This document shows positions 44,603 through 58,637 of a stretch of 64,000 nucleotides of DNA, in pieces. The stretch comes from Octopus vulgaris (lineage: Eukaryota), in NCBI GenBank assembly GCA_951406725.2, contig OX597819.1, positions 40,982,001-41,046,000 of the forward strand. The letters run 5' to 3'. The position numbers were made by a program, and so were the translations under genes. Below the pieces are notes generated by a model, which was not told the origin of the DNA, made no database searches, and saw only the letters and a list, made by a program, of their open reading frames with translations. The stretch's first letter is position 1; every line of letters starts with the position of its first letter.

Positions 44603-45020
44603 GGATCTTTTCAGTTTGAACGGCAGTTTTTAACATAATTTCTAGGTAACTAAAAAAATTTAAACTTCGTATACCGATATAATGTGTTTATAAAACATCT
44701 TTTTCTCTTGGCTTTTTTGAGAAAATTCTATAGTTTGTAAAATATTTGTTGTTTTTTTTTTCTTCGATTTCTGCAATTTCAACCAATCAGTGTTTCTATT
44801 GAGTTAAAAAGCATTCTGTGCCGTATGAATATGTCCCTCGTTGAAGAAACGGATTGGGTTTATTTACATTTGTGAAGAAAAAAAGATACCCTTCCCCCCA
44901 CCCCTAACCCTAACCCTAAAACAGATTGAAATGCAATAGATCGATACTTGGGTCATAATTATGGGTGACAATTTCATATGACACCGCTAGAAAAAACTGC
45001 CGTTCAAACAGAAAAGATCC
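44603..45020. mobile_element. GG-terminated MITE with about 29-bp TIRs and 8-bp TSD (Merlin- or hAT-like)
   Basis: GGATTTTG|GGATCTTTTCAGTTTGAACGGCAGTTTTT ... AAAAACTGCCGTTCAAACAGAAAAGATCC|GGATTTTG. Confidence 0.88.
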
Positions 45021-45214
45021 GGATTTTGCACTAGATCAGCGCTGTTTGAACAGACCTATCATCAAATATATCCCATCAGTGGCCATTGTGTGTTATTTTC
45101 AGACATAGTCTTTCGAACTTCATTGATCAATATGTCATTTAAGACCGCCATGGTGATGATTTAAGGAAGATTTGACTGCTATTTTTTTTTTAGCAGGCAC
45201 TGTAACTACCTAAA

Positions 45215-45540
45215 CTGGCACTCCGTCGGTTGCGACGACGAGGCTTCCAGTTGTTCTGATCGACGAAACAACCAGCTCGTGAAATTAACGTGCAAGTGGT
45301 TGGGCACTCCACAAACATGCGTACGCTTAACGTAGTTTTCAGGGAGATTCAACGTAACACAGACTATGACAAGGTTGCCCTTTCGAAATACAGGTACAAC
45401 TTATTTTTGCTAGCTGAGTGGACTGGAGCAACGTTCAATAAAGTGTTTTGCTCAAGGACACAACGCGCAGTCAAGGAATCGAACTCACGACCTTACGATC
45501 TTGAGCCAAATACCATAACCACTTAGCTACGCGCCTTCAC
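45215..45540 (-). mobile_element. tRNA-derived SINE family C
   Basis: Minus strand GAAGGCGCGTAGCTAAGTGG...GAGTTCGATTCC...TGTCCTTGAGCAAAACACTT. Confidence 0.78.
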
Positions 45541-46189
45541 TGTGAGCGCCTAATGTTCCATCAATGGCTCGCCTTGTCAGGCAAGCACGGAGAACGAGGA
45601 AACTGTTTCCCACACATTTATCCTGTGTCCTAGCATTGCTGATTTGGGAAATTATGTTCAATGCCGCATGTCACGTCTAGGACGATCCGGTTATCAGTTT
45701 AGTCAATTGTGAAGATCGTCCTGCTACCTTCCTTTTGACAAGAAGGTCAGACACTTTTAATCTGTCTGTCTGGTGGCCATAGCGAAAAAGGTTGTATGGT
45801 GGATGGTGGGTCAGACTGAAAGGGCCGAAGACACTTTGCTCCTTGGCCAAATCCTCATGAACTCTTTGTTCCAGTTTCACTTGAAAAGAAAAGTGAGGGC
45901 AGAGAGAGGGGGAGAGAGAGGAGGGAGGGAGAGAGAGGAGGGAGGGAGAGAGCGGGGTTGCCACTCAGTAAATTTGTTGGTAAGTAAATGAGAATGGCGA
46001 GCATGGTCCGAGTGAGCGGGCCTACTTTGAGCATGTACCTGTAGATTGAGGAAGGACAACAGGGAGAAGGAAAATCCATTCATTGTTCGAATTTATTATA
46101 ACTGGCATTCCCCTTTTTATACACCACTTCACGTAATCCCACTGGTGTCGTCCTGTACCGTCCCCAATATTTTTTGTGAACCCTACAGA

Positions 46190-46253
<64 letters not shown>

Positions 46254-46280
46254 TTATTATTATTATTATCATTATTATTT

Positions 46281-46895
46281 AAGGCGGTGAGCTGAAAGAA
46301 CAGTTAGCACGCCGGGAAATATGCTTAGTGGCATTTCGTCCGTCCTTGCGTTCTGGGTTCAAATTCCGCCAAGGTCGACTTTATTATAAAGTCATAAATG
46401 AAATCATCATCATCATCATCATTATTATTATTATGAAGGTGGTGAGCTGGCAGAGTCGTTAGCACGCTGGACAAAGGGTTTAGCGGTATTTAGTCCGTCG
46501 CTACGTTCTGAGTTCAAATTCCGCCGAGGTCGACTTTGCCTTTCATCCTTTCGGGGTCGATTAAATAAGTACCAGTTACGCACTGGGGTCGATGTAATCG
46601 ACTTAATCCCTTTTCCCAAATTTGAGGCTTTGTGCTCCCACTAGAAAGAATTATTATTACTATTATTATTATGAAGGCAGAGAGCTGGGGAGAATCGTTA
46701 ACACGCTGAACGAAATGCCTAGCGGTATTTCGCCCGCCGCTACTTTCCCAGTTCAAATTCCGCCGGGGTCGACTTTGCCATTCATCGTTTTGGGATCGAT
46801 AAATTAAGTACCAGTGAAACACTGGGGTTGATGTAATCGACCCATTCCCTCTCCACCCCAAATTTCAGGCCTTGTACCTTTATTAGAAAGGATTA
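46281..46895 (+). mobile_element. Three SINE family A copies separated by (ATT/ATC)n
   Basis: Three heads and B-boxes. Confidence 0.85.
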
Positions 46896-46940
46896 TCATC
46901 ATCATCATCATCATCATTATTATCATTATTATTGTTATTA

Positions 46941-47027
<87 letters not shown>

Positions 47028-47960
47028 AGGTGACTAAGGTGACACTTGTTTACTGGTCATGCTTCATGAACCCTGCGAAGAATTCTTGCAGTTCCATGCA
47101 ATGGAGATGTGATTTGAGAGAGACGTGGCTACTATTTCTTATTTATCTGGAAACTTTATTTTAGCAGCACACTAATTAGCTCGAAATAATTACAAGTTAT
47201 GTTACGGAGTTGATGAAATTGATTATATTCTAGCCAACAAATCATTGGCTTTCAGAAACCATTGTTGTTACATGTAAATGTTTACTGACGTTTGTGAAGT
47301 AGGGAATAATTAAGAGCAAATTGAATAATTTATAGCAAAGAATAACAAATAAAGAGAGAGAGAGAACGATAATAGTATCAATAAAGGCTTAAAGCATCTG
47401 TTTATTCCCTGTTCAGTGGTGTGGTCCTGAATAGCCACTGCTCTTTGATTCAGACTTGTGAATGAAAGAGTAATGAGAGACTATGAAATGATTAAATAGT
47501 GTGTGGATAATGTATCTAATTTAAAAAGATAAATCATGTCAAGTTTGTACATTTAAACCGTGATTTATGTAGCACATACATGTATACATACACATACATA
47601 TCGTTGTGCGTAGAAGAATATATTAATCAATGAAATTTCAATTTAGTCTGATTTTCACATAATTGCAATCTTTACTATTTTACAATTTTATAATGTTGAA
47701 ATAAACTAGTACTTTCATGCGTTGAGTAATCCTCAGGTTTATGTAGTGAAAGTCGTGTTCCATGTGTAGCGGAAGAGACGAGGGAAAGAGAGAGCGAGGA
47801 GGGGAAAAGAAAGAGAGAGAGACAGAGAGAAGGGGAGGGGAAGAGAAAGAGAGAGAGAGAGAGCTCTATTTTTATTTTTAACCTACACACACGTATACAC
47901 ACAAATATATATCTTCACACAAATGTAAATACCCACATATACATAGTCGTGCAGACGTTG

Positions 47961-47991
<31 letters not shown>

Positions 47992-48025
47992 CAAGAGCAA
48001 GGGAGGGAGGTGTGGGAGAGATATT

Positions 48026-48616
48026 TCTTTCTTTATTGCCCACAGGGGGTTAAACACAGAAGGGACAAACAAAGGGATTAAGTCGATTACATCGACTCCA
48101 GTGCGTAACTAGTACTTATTTAATCGACCCCGAAAGGATGGAAGGCAAAGTCGACCTCGGCGGAATTTGAACTCAGAACGTAGTGGCAGACGAAATACCT
48201 ATTTCTTTACTACCCACAAGGGGCTAAACACAGAGAGGACAAACAAAGGACAGACAAACGGATTAAGTCGATTATATCGACCCCAGTGCGGAACTGGTAC
48301 TTAATTATCGGCCCCGAAAGGATGAAAGGCAAAGTCGACCTCGGCGGAATTTGAACTCAGAACGTAGCGGCAGACGAAATACCTATTTCTTTACTACCCA
48401 CAAGGGGCTAGACACAGAGAGGACAAACAAGGACAGACAAACGGATTAAGTCGATTATATCGACCCCAGTGCAGAACTGGTACTTAATTTATCGACCCCG
48501 AAAGGACGAAAGGCAAAGTCGACCTCGGCAGAATTTGAACTCAAAACGTAACGGTAGACGAAATACGGCTACGCATTTCGCCCGGCGTGCTAGCGTTTCT
48601 ACCAGCTCGCCGCCTT
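48026..48616 (-). mobile_element. Single-headed trimer of SINE family A inside one TSD
   Basis: Period about 184 bp; junction GACGAAATACCTATTTCTTTAC at 48198 and 48382; flanks GTGyGGGAGAGATATT at 48010-48025 and 48618-48633. Confidence 0.9.
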
Positions 48617-49439
48617 TGTGCGGGAGAGATATTAGTAGTTGTTAGTAAATGACTTGTGCATGAGAAAAAGATGAGGGCAAAAGTCAAGGAAAAACGTTTA
48701 TTAATACTTATGGGTGAGGCAGTGCCAATAGAAAAAAAATCACGTTTTCCTTTTTGTCTGTTTACAAGGGAAAATCATGTATTATTGCAAGTTGACCCTC
48801 AACAAAAGAAAAGGTGATTCGGAGTGGTTGGGTTACTTCAAACGTCAATGTACGAGTCTCGAAAGTGCGTGAATGATATTAGGTATGATGTATAGCTGGG
48901 TGCCGGTCTCATTTAAGTAATGAAATTTGAAGAGCTCATAAAGTTATAACTTGAAAAAAAAAACTTGTAGATTTACGGTCAAGCGTGGCGAATGATTAGA
49001 AAAAAGTTTGAAAGAAGAGGTTGAAAGAAAGGGAGATAGTAAAATGCTGATAATCCCAAGTGAAGGTGCGCGTGCATGTGCGTGTATGTGAGAATGGCGC
49101 GTGTGAATGAGTGAGTGTGTGTGTGTGTGTGAATAGAAGCTAGTGGCGCTGACGTGAGTGAGTGTGTGCGTGTGTAAGTGTGTGCGTCTGTAACACGTGT
49201 GTGTGTTGCGTGAAGCAGTTGAGGTATTTTTTCACGTGGTGTGTGTACATGTGTGTGTGTTTGTGTCTGTGACCAAACAGTTTGCATTGCATGGAGTATA
49301 TATGTGGGCGTAAGTTAACTTTGTCTATGTATGTAACGTGTGTATGTATATATAGCTTGTGTATGTGTATGTGTGTGTGAGTTTTGTATGTGTGTGCATA
49401 TATATATATACAAAATACATACATATTTTTACAGGCATA

Positions 49440-49481
<42 letters not shown>

Positions 49482-49506
49482 ATGTGTGTGTATAAACATA
49501 TATATG

Positions 49507-50010
49507 CAGTAATACCGCACTTTACGAGGAGCCTCTTTACGAGTCCCCAGGTTTACGAGTTTTAATTTTCAAACACAAGATCCAATTTTTGAACGAAGTG
49601 CAATACCATAACAAATGCTTTTGTGTGTTATCGAGAAATTTATGGAGAGTGAAATAGAGCTTCTTCTAAGCAAAAGAACTCTAGATTTTATTATTCAAAA
49701 AGATATCTACAAGTCCGTCTACGTGTGCTTGTGAATTGGTGATCGTGTCAACTAGTGATTGTGTGCACGAGTCAAGTGATTTAGAAAACGATTATAATAA
49801 AAATATCTTTTTTATTATAAATGATCTTGATATTCTTTTTACTTTACCAAAAATATTCTTTACATTCTACTGTTGTTTTATTACAATTTACTTACGAATA
49901 TTATAAATTTTAGAGGAAAAATATTTTTCTGGGATCGAATTACGATTTATACTATTGCTACTATGGGTAATTATTGCTCGGCTTTACTAGCTTTCGTTTT
50001 ACAAGTATAT
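49507..50010. mobile_element. Tigger/pogo-like MITE remnant
   Basis: Starts CAGTAATACCGCACTTTACGAG with repeated TTTACGAG motifs; right TIR not seen. Confidence 0.45.
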
Positions 50011-50043
50011 CGTATATTCAGCCATTACTATATATATATACAT

Positions 50044-50144
<101 letters not shown>

Positions 50145-50366
50145 TGTATTATTGCGAGGATGTATATACTCCTTAAAGAGATGTTAACGTCTAAGTTCTC
50201 CCGTTTTTATCCAGTGTATCGGTGAAGTACTAAAATGATGTTAGCTTCTCATCGATGCAAATGGGTATATTAACATTTGTGTATAAGAAAAGAAAATGGA
50301 GAAATCGAAAGACAGACATCAATTTATTAATAGAATTCCAATTTTACAAATAATTTCAATTCTTTA

Positions 50367-50457
50367 CAGCCTACAATTGTTTCCATACTCAATTCAAATT
50401 ACAAAATTAAACTAAGATGCATTTGAATATAGTTAATTGAATATTTCACCAGGGTTA
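50367..50457 (-). ncRNA. Hammerhead-like motif, left-arm copy (core CUGGUGA)
   Basis: UAACC-CUGGUGA-A-AUAUUCAAUU..AAUUGAGUAU-G-GAAA-CAAUUG-UA-GGCUG. Confidence 0.5.
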
Positions 50458-50717
50458 GAAATCGATATAAAAAGGAATCACATCTCAATGGATTGATTGA
50501 TTATTGACAGACTCAGCATATTCTTTTCTACTCTAGGCAGGGGCCAGTCGATTAGATCAACCCCAGTACGCAACTGGTACTTAATTTATCGACTCCGAAA
50601 GGATGAAAAGCAAAGTCGCCCTCGGTGGAATACTGATTCAGCATATTAACATTCATTTAATTATGTGCGTATGTTTATGTTAATATTAAAAAAAAATGTT
50701 ACACGTGTATATGCAAT

Positions 50718-50784
<67 letters not shown>

Positions 50785-50963
50785 GTAGTTTTATTTTTTA
50801 TAGCGTGCTTTCACTTCACTACCGAGCGCAGCTCTGTGTGCCTTGAGTATGTGCTGTGATTTGTTGTGATGCTCTGATGGTTATTGTATGGAAAGTGTTC
50901 TGCGTAGGATGTGTACAGTGCCTAGTAGTGCAATTTTCTGTATGTTATATGTGTTTGTAAGTC
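50785..50963 (-). mobile_element. R4/Dong-like LINE 3' end embedded in (TAA)n
   Basis: LTNTYNIQKIALLGTVHILRRTLSIQ* plus short 3' UTR, with TAA arrays on both sides. Confidence 0.75.
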
Positions 50964-51029
<66 letters not shown>

Positions 51030-51054
51030 TACTACTATTATTATTATTATTATT

Positions 51055-51625
<571 letters not shown>

Positions 51626-51642
51626 CATCATCATCATCATCA

Positions 51643-51701
<59 letters not shown>

Positions 51702-52031
51702 CTTATTTGTGTGCGTGTGCGTGTTAATAGTCACGTGATACACGGTAAACAATAACTTCAATTGCTAAATGAAAATAAGTGTTTAATTATTAAAAATAGC
51801 AGTTATGACTAAGTAACTTGGATAATAATTCTTAATTAACTATTAAATTTTACCAGCATGTTATACTCGCACAAATATTGATGAGAATATGAGAATGAAT
51901 TGGTTTACTTACCGTTGACCTTATCGGTAAGTAATGTTTATGCAAATCTAGCGGTTAATTTGTTTTGCAAATATATTAACACGCATATACGATAAATAAA
52001 AATAATAAAAAACAAAATTGCATATACATAT

Positions 52032-52450
52032 AGGCGCAGGAGTGGCTGTGTGGTAAGTAGCTTGTTTACCAACCACATGGTTCCGGGCTCAGTCCCACTG
52101 CGTGGCACCTTGGGCAAGTGTCTTCAACTATAGCCTCGGGCCGACCAAAGCCTTGTGAGTGGATTTGGTAGACGGAAACTGAAAGAAGTCCGTCGTATAT
52201 ATGTATATATATATATGTATGTATGTGTGTGTGTTTGTGTGTGTGTGTTTGTCCCCCTAGCATTACTTGACAACCGATGCTGGTGTGTTTATGTCCCCGT
52301 AACTTAGCGGTTCGGCAAAAAGAGACCGATAGAATAAGTACTGGGCTTACAAAGAATAAGTCCCGGGGTCGAGTTGCTCGATTAAAGGTGGTGCTCCAGC
52401 ATGGCCGCAGTCAAATGACTGAAACAAGTAAAAGAGTAAAAGAGTAAGAG
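52032..52450 (+). mobile_element. SINE family B, full length
   Basis: Near-consensus. Confidence 0.92.
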
Positions 52451-52519
52451 TATACACATGTAACGGTTTTTAAGAAAAAAATATTAACATAAACATGCGC
52501 ACATAACTAAATGAATGTT

Positions 52520-52828
52520 TGTTTTTTGTTTGTTCCTTCTCAAGTCATGCCTGGCTCATAAGGGCCGGTTTCCCCGGTTTCCGTGATGTATAGGTTCCCC
52601 ACCTGGATGGGATGCCGGTCCATCGCAGGTGAGCTGCTATATGCAGGAGGAAAGAGTGAGAGAAAGTTGTGGCGAAAGAGTCAGCAGGAGTTCGCCATTA
52701 CCTTCTGCCGGAGCCGCGTGGAGCTTAGGTGTTTTGCTCATAAACACACACATCACCCGGTCTGAGATTCGAACCCTCGATTCCTCGACCGCGAGTCCGC
52801 TGCTCTAACCACTAGGTCATGTACCTCC
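52520..52828 (-). mobile_element. SINE family D (alternative tail) with 14-bp TSD
   Basis: TSD ACTAAATGAATGTT at 52506-52519 and 52829-52842; B-box GGTTCGAATCTC. Confidence 0.88.
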
Positions 52829-52907
52829 ACTAAATGAATGTTAATATGCTGAATCTGTCAATGATCAATCAATCCATTGAGATGTGATTCCTTTTTATAT
52901 CGATTTC

Positions 52908-53008
52908 TAACCCTGATGTAATATTAATATTCAATTAACTATATTCAAATGCATCTTAGTTTAATTTTGTTATTTGAATTAATTGAGTAAAGAAACAATT
53001 GTAGGTTG
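52908..53008 (+). ncRNA. Hammerhead-like motif, right-arm copy (core CUGAUGU)
   Basis: UAACC-CUGAUGU-..UAUUCAAUU..AAUUGAGUA..-GAAA-CAAUUG-UA-GGUUG. Confidence 0.5.
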
Positions 53009-53081
53009 TAAGGAATTGAGATTATTTGTAATTGGAGTAATATTAATAAATTGATGTCTATCTTTCGATTTCTCTATTTTC

Positions 53082-53231
53082 GTGGTTGTGTGGTAAGTAG
53101 CTTGCTTACCAGCCACATGGTTCTGGGTTCAGTCCCACTGCGTGGCACCTTGGGAAAGTGTCTTCTGCTATAGCCTCGGGCTGACCAAAGCCTTGTGAGT
53201 GGATTTGGTAGACGAAAACTAAAGAAGCCTG

Positions 53232-53307
<76 letters not shown>

Positions 53308-53380
53308 GTATGTGTGTGTGTATGTTTGTGTGTCTGGTGTGTTTACGTCCCCGTAACTTAGCGATTCGGCAAAAGAGACC
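53082..53380 (+). mobile_element. SINE family B, 3'-truncated
   Basis: Head, (TA)n and part of the 3' domain. Confidence 0.85.
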
Positions 53381-53420
<40 letters not shown>

Positions 53421-53421
<1 letters not shown>

Positions 53422-53850
53422 ATGAGTATTCCTTGCGATCACAATATAGCGGCGAAAGAATTCGACAAGATCAGCAAATATAAAGACTTGCTAATAGAAA
53501 TTGAAAAAATGCGGCATCTCAAGGCGACTACAGTACCAGTGATTGTAGGATCTCTAGGAATGATAAAAAAAGGTACTGAAACCTATTTAAAAATGATAGC
53601 AGGCTTACCATCCCTACAGGGAGTGCAAAAAATCGTGTTAACTGGAACAGCTCATGTACTGAGAAAAGCATCATCGCTCTGAAAACAACATCCATTCATG
53701 AATTTATTTATTCATTAATTTTTTAAATACATATTTTACCTGTGAATTTGCGTGTGTAATCTGGGAATGCATACAATGAGCTTCTCTGTCCTAGGTGTAC
53801 GGAAAACACCCGGCAAGAAACGGAAGCTTCAAATAGACCTACACATGTTT
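53421..53850 (+). mobile_element. R4/Dong-like LINE 3' fragment (RLE C-terminus) following (AAT)n
   Basis: SIPCDHNIAAKEFDKISKYKDLLIEI..VPVIVGSLG..QKIVLTGTAHVLRK. Confidence 0.82.
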
Positions 53851-54082
53851 CTACTACATCAATTAGTAACCGTTGCTATTGCAACCCTACTATACAGTTT
53901 CTTCAGGATTTTCATTTTAATATCCTTTAATTTAACTCTCCAAAGATTTTCGTTAATCTACTCTGCGTTGTATGATGTAGAGTTGTTAGTTAGTTTAGAC
54001 GCGAACTATCTTCAAGTTTTGATTGGATAATCACTTTTAGCCAATTATTTCAAAACATTCTGTTGTTTAAATGTTTATTATT

Positions 54083-54430
54083 CATGGCCGCAGTCAAATG
54101 ACTAAAACTAGTAAAAAAGTTAAATATTTGTTTATACACAGACACACACAGACACACACACACGTGCGTGTGTTTGTGTGTGTGTGTGCACCCACGTGTG
54201 TGTATACAGATATATTTATATTTTTTACTCGTTTCAGTCATTTGACTGCGGCCATGCTGGGGTACCACCTAGAGCAATTTTAGTTGAACCAATCGACCCC
54301 AGTACTTTTTTTTTATTTTTAAAGCCTGGTACTTACTCTATCGGTCTCTTTTGCCGGACCGCTTGTTTACGGGGACGTAAGCACATCAACATCGGTTGTC
54401 AAACAGTGGTGGGAGACGTACAGGCACATA
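54083..54430. mobile_element. Two SINE family B 3' ends in inverted orientation
   Basis: CATGGCCGCAGTCAAATGACT at 54083 and its reverse complement ending at 54256. Confidence 0.75.
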
Positions 54431-55254
54431 CGCACGAGCACGCGCGCACACATACATACATATATCGACATATACATATTAATACATACGCATAGGTCTT
54501 TGGATGTGCGTTTGTGTGCGTGGGCATGGATGAGTGGATGCGAGTATGTGTATGTGTAAAGGTGAATTGAGTGCATCACGAAGAAGGTCGTTGAAGTAGT
54601 TGCTCTGCATAGAGTTTCAGACACTCCCTTGTTATACCCATCCTTATAAATACAGTGAAGTTATTATAAATCTATTCAAAACCTCAAACTCCTGACTCTA
54701 TTGTCTGCAAATCGTGATATAAAATTAAATGGTCTTGCTTGTGTGACCATCTCAACTTTTCCTATATACTATTGTCCGACGCAGTTTTGTTCATTGAAAA
54801 GGTTAGGAGTGGGTTTGGCTGCTATTTTTCGCAGTAGTGTAGTCACTTCCTCCTATTTTCTTCTCGAGATTAATTTGTTTTTAGTCGATTGTGCTACGTC
54901 CCTGTATTTAATTACAGGTATCTAGTTTTTCGACCCTTGAGTCACGTTGGGATTTAAGGATTTAAAAGTAGAAAATGTGCGACACCAAAACAGATATCAA
55001 TTCAATGAAGGGGATTGGGCTTGTATGTGATCACTTGATATGCTAGAAATAGTATTCAAACCATCCTCAAATCACACTCAACGGACTAAAAAGAATTAGA
55101 TAATGTGGTTATAGAGTTTTTATCTAGAAAAAAAAATCTCAACAAAAACACACAATACAAAATCCAAAGCAGATGGTCACAGTCGGAATAATCTTGATCA
55201 TAGACCAAGTGCTGAGTGACAACACCTTGTTGTCGGAAAGTATTCTGTCCTCCA

Positions 55255-55293
<39 letters not shown>

Positions 55294-56349
55294 AACGCAC
55301 ACACATACACACAACCGGTTGCGCAGGTCACCGAAACTAATCTAAGTATAGAAAATACAAACCATACAATGAATAAATAAATAAATAAATAAACAGGGAA
55401 AAACGAAATGAATAATTTCAAAAAGCAGGAATAAACAACATCAACAACAACAACAACGATATTAACAACAAAAAAATTCGTTTTCTTATGTGAACAGAAA
55501 CAGAATTTATTCCCATGAACGGCCACGGTCATATTTGAAAGCTGAGTTTGGAAGAGAGGACCATGACAGTGTGAGAATATTGAATGTAATTCTTAAAAGT
55601 AATAAAAATAAATGAGAATTCATTTGAAATACAATAAAATGACTCTATCAAGGAAGTTTAGTCTAAAAGAGGTTTTAGGCTTGCGAAGAGTCCCAGCAAT
55701 CCAGAGATCTTAAACTAAATTTGGATATCTCTAGAATGGGAGTTCCTAACTTACGGTACCTGTTCTTGTTGGAGGTGCAAGGTGGTACTTTTCATAAAAG
55801 CTGGGAAAGTATTTACGCTTTTAATCCTTTTTCTGTCCTGTGTTTTATATGTGCTACACTAAGTATATTTCCCTAGCGCCTATGAATCACATATGATACA
55901 CATTCCTAATTCTTTTCAACCAGAGTAACTTGGGGTTTATATTACTCAGAACATATGAAACAATAGCTAATTCAAAAGTCCGAAATCAAGCTTGGACGTT
56001 CAGAAAAAAATTATGGTTTGGTCTGGCAAGTGATTAAAATCGATTTTTGGCAGAAAATAATTAGCTAATTCTTAAAAAGAGAAACTTTATTTTACTAAGT
56101 AAAAGAGATTTTTAATTCTATAAGTACGGATTGGACGCTTAAAGGAATATGACCAAGGGCTGTATTCCCGTTCTTTTTATAAACGACAGTATCAAGTGAA
56201 TCTGGACTCAGTTCTTTTCTGTCAGTCAAGATAAAACCTATGAATCGCCTGAATCTACAGGTAGACCTGCAGGTCGCAATCAGCAAGAAGGCTTCATCTC
56301 TCTCTCTATAAAGCTGAAGTTGTCTGTGTATGACAGGTTTGGTAGCCTT

Positions 56350-56688
56350 CAACTAATACTATCTCCTCCGAGTCCCTGCGGCGCAAGTTGACCAAAATTG
56401 AGAGTATGATAGAAGAAGGCTTGCTCTTCCTTCCAGAGAAGAAAAATTCAAATCGGACCATGTTAACACCAAAAATTATTTACATCAAAAAGGTGCTTTT
56501 TTTTCTATGAAAATCCCTATTTTTACGATTTTTTGACTGCTGTGTCACCATTTTTCGGTGTATTTCAACCAGAAAAATGTTCACTTAAAGAGAATAACAA
56601 GCTACATAATGCAAAATTTTTACTTTTCAAAAATTCCAATTCTAAAGGGTCGAAACAAACCCGAGCAACGCCGGGCGATACTGCAAGT
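56350..56688 (+). mobile_element. Helitron-like 3' portion
   Basis: Terminal hairpin CCCGAGCAACGCCGGG followed by GCAAG|T (degenerate CTAG|T). Confidence 0.5.
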
Positions 56689-57494
56689 GTTTTGATAAAG
56701 TCATGAAGTCATTGAATTTTATGTTCATAACTATGCTGCATTTCCACAAAATCCTGCGGCAAGAACTGGTGTTAGAAGCAATATAAAATGTTTATTAAGG
56801 AAACAAATAAAAAGTAATTTGGTGTGGACATGCATATTAGAAATTGTATGGCTAAGCAAATACATTGAACAATACTTTGTATATGTCACTGCACCAGACA
56901 ATAAATAATACATGTTTAAACTTCCTTCTGTTTGGTCATAAATGCAATGACATAATAAATAATTAGGTGCCAGAATGATAATTAGGGGTATCGGGGCTCT
57001 AGCAATGCAAATTTTCATGGCTGTGAGCAAGTATGACTAAATAGGTAGCTAGCAAGGACGGACAACAATGTCAAGCCCCTTCCTCTGCCCAATGTCCCCA
57101 TTTCCAGTTTAAATGACTCGAGAGCAAATGCTAGAGAGAAAAGCTTAATGTTGCTCGCGTTGCCATCCAGCACTTAGTGCTGCTACCCTGTTTACGAATC
57201 GGATTATTTGTGCATGAGATAACCTTTTCTCAAAGCTATTTCCATCGATTGCTTAACTGATTTGCTTTCTGACAGACACCTGTCTCCTTTAGACCATCAC
57301 CGTCAGGAGAAACTATTCTTAATTATTATGTTTAATTAATCTGATTCGGTTTGAGAAGTAGAAGCATAAAAGCAAGCAGTATATCTGACCTTCCCAAAGA
57401 TTCAAGTTATTTTTCTTCCCTTCCCTATCACATTAGCATGTTGCTACATAAATATATGTATGTGTATATATATATAAACATCTATATACATATA

Positions 57495-57525
<31 letters not shown>

Positions 57526-57531
57526 ACATAT

Positions 57532-57597
<66 letters not shown>

Positions 57598-57719
57598 TAT
57601 AGGATAAAATCTTTATAAGAATTTATTAAGTACTTAGCGTGAAAAGCCTCATAAAGGAAAATCCATCAATTATTCTTCTTAAATATATTTACTTATATTT
57701 ACTTTTAATATATATATAT

Positions 57720-58270
57720 CTTTTACTTGTTTCAGTCATTTGATTGCGGCCATGGTGAGGCACCACCTTCAAAGATTTTAGTCGAATGAATCAACCCCAG
57801 CACTTATTTTCTTAAAGTCTGGTACTTCTATCAGTCTCTTTTGCCGAACGCTAAGTTACGGGGACATAAATACATTTCATTACGGTCATCAAATGGTGGA
57901 AGGGGACAAACACAGACACAAACACACACACAAATACACACACATGTATAAATATATATATATATATATAGTATAAATAATATATAAATATATGCATATA
58001 TACATACATATATGTACATACCTACATATATATGTGTATATACATGCATATATGGGTCCAGGACGTAAAAAAACGTGAACAAAAGGAGAAACGAGAAGGC
58101 AGCATAAAGAACATTCCTTTCATCTGTTGTTCTGTTTTATCTACTCCGCATTTAGAAGGTAGGGACAAGGCGCGACTTCGTTAAAACACACCAACGCCGG
58201 TTAGCAAGCAGTGGAGGGGGGACAAACACAGACAGAAACACACACACACACACACACAAACACACACACG
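57720..58270 (-). mobile_element. SINE family B 3' part with a family X fragment
   Basis: TTTTACTTGTTTCAGTCATTTG start; 57975-58190 is homologous to 1913-2200. Confidence 0.65.
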
Positions 58271-58317
58271 TAATACATACATACATACATGCATGCATAC
58301 ATACATACATACATACA

Positions 58318-58427
<110 letters not shown>

Positions 58428-58543
58428 ATTAAGCGTATCTAACTGATACCCTTAATTATAATTTTAATAAACCTTTGCGGTTTTTAGTCCCATGCTAGCC
58501 ACCTGATAAGATCTGATCCTTATATATATATATATATATATAT

Positions 58544-58635
<92 letters not shown>

Positions 58636-58637
<2 letters not shown>

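Noticed and set aside
44902-44919. (CCCTAA)3 as an interstitial telomere
   Set aside because: Only three units, and internal to a MITE
55640-56350. Higher-complexity stretch that might be coding
   Set aside because: Frequent stops and no recognisable motifs
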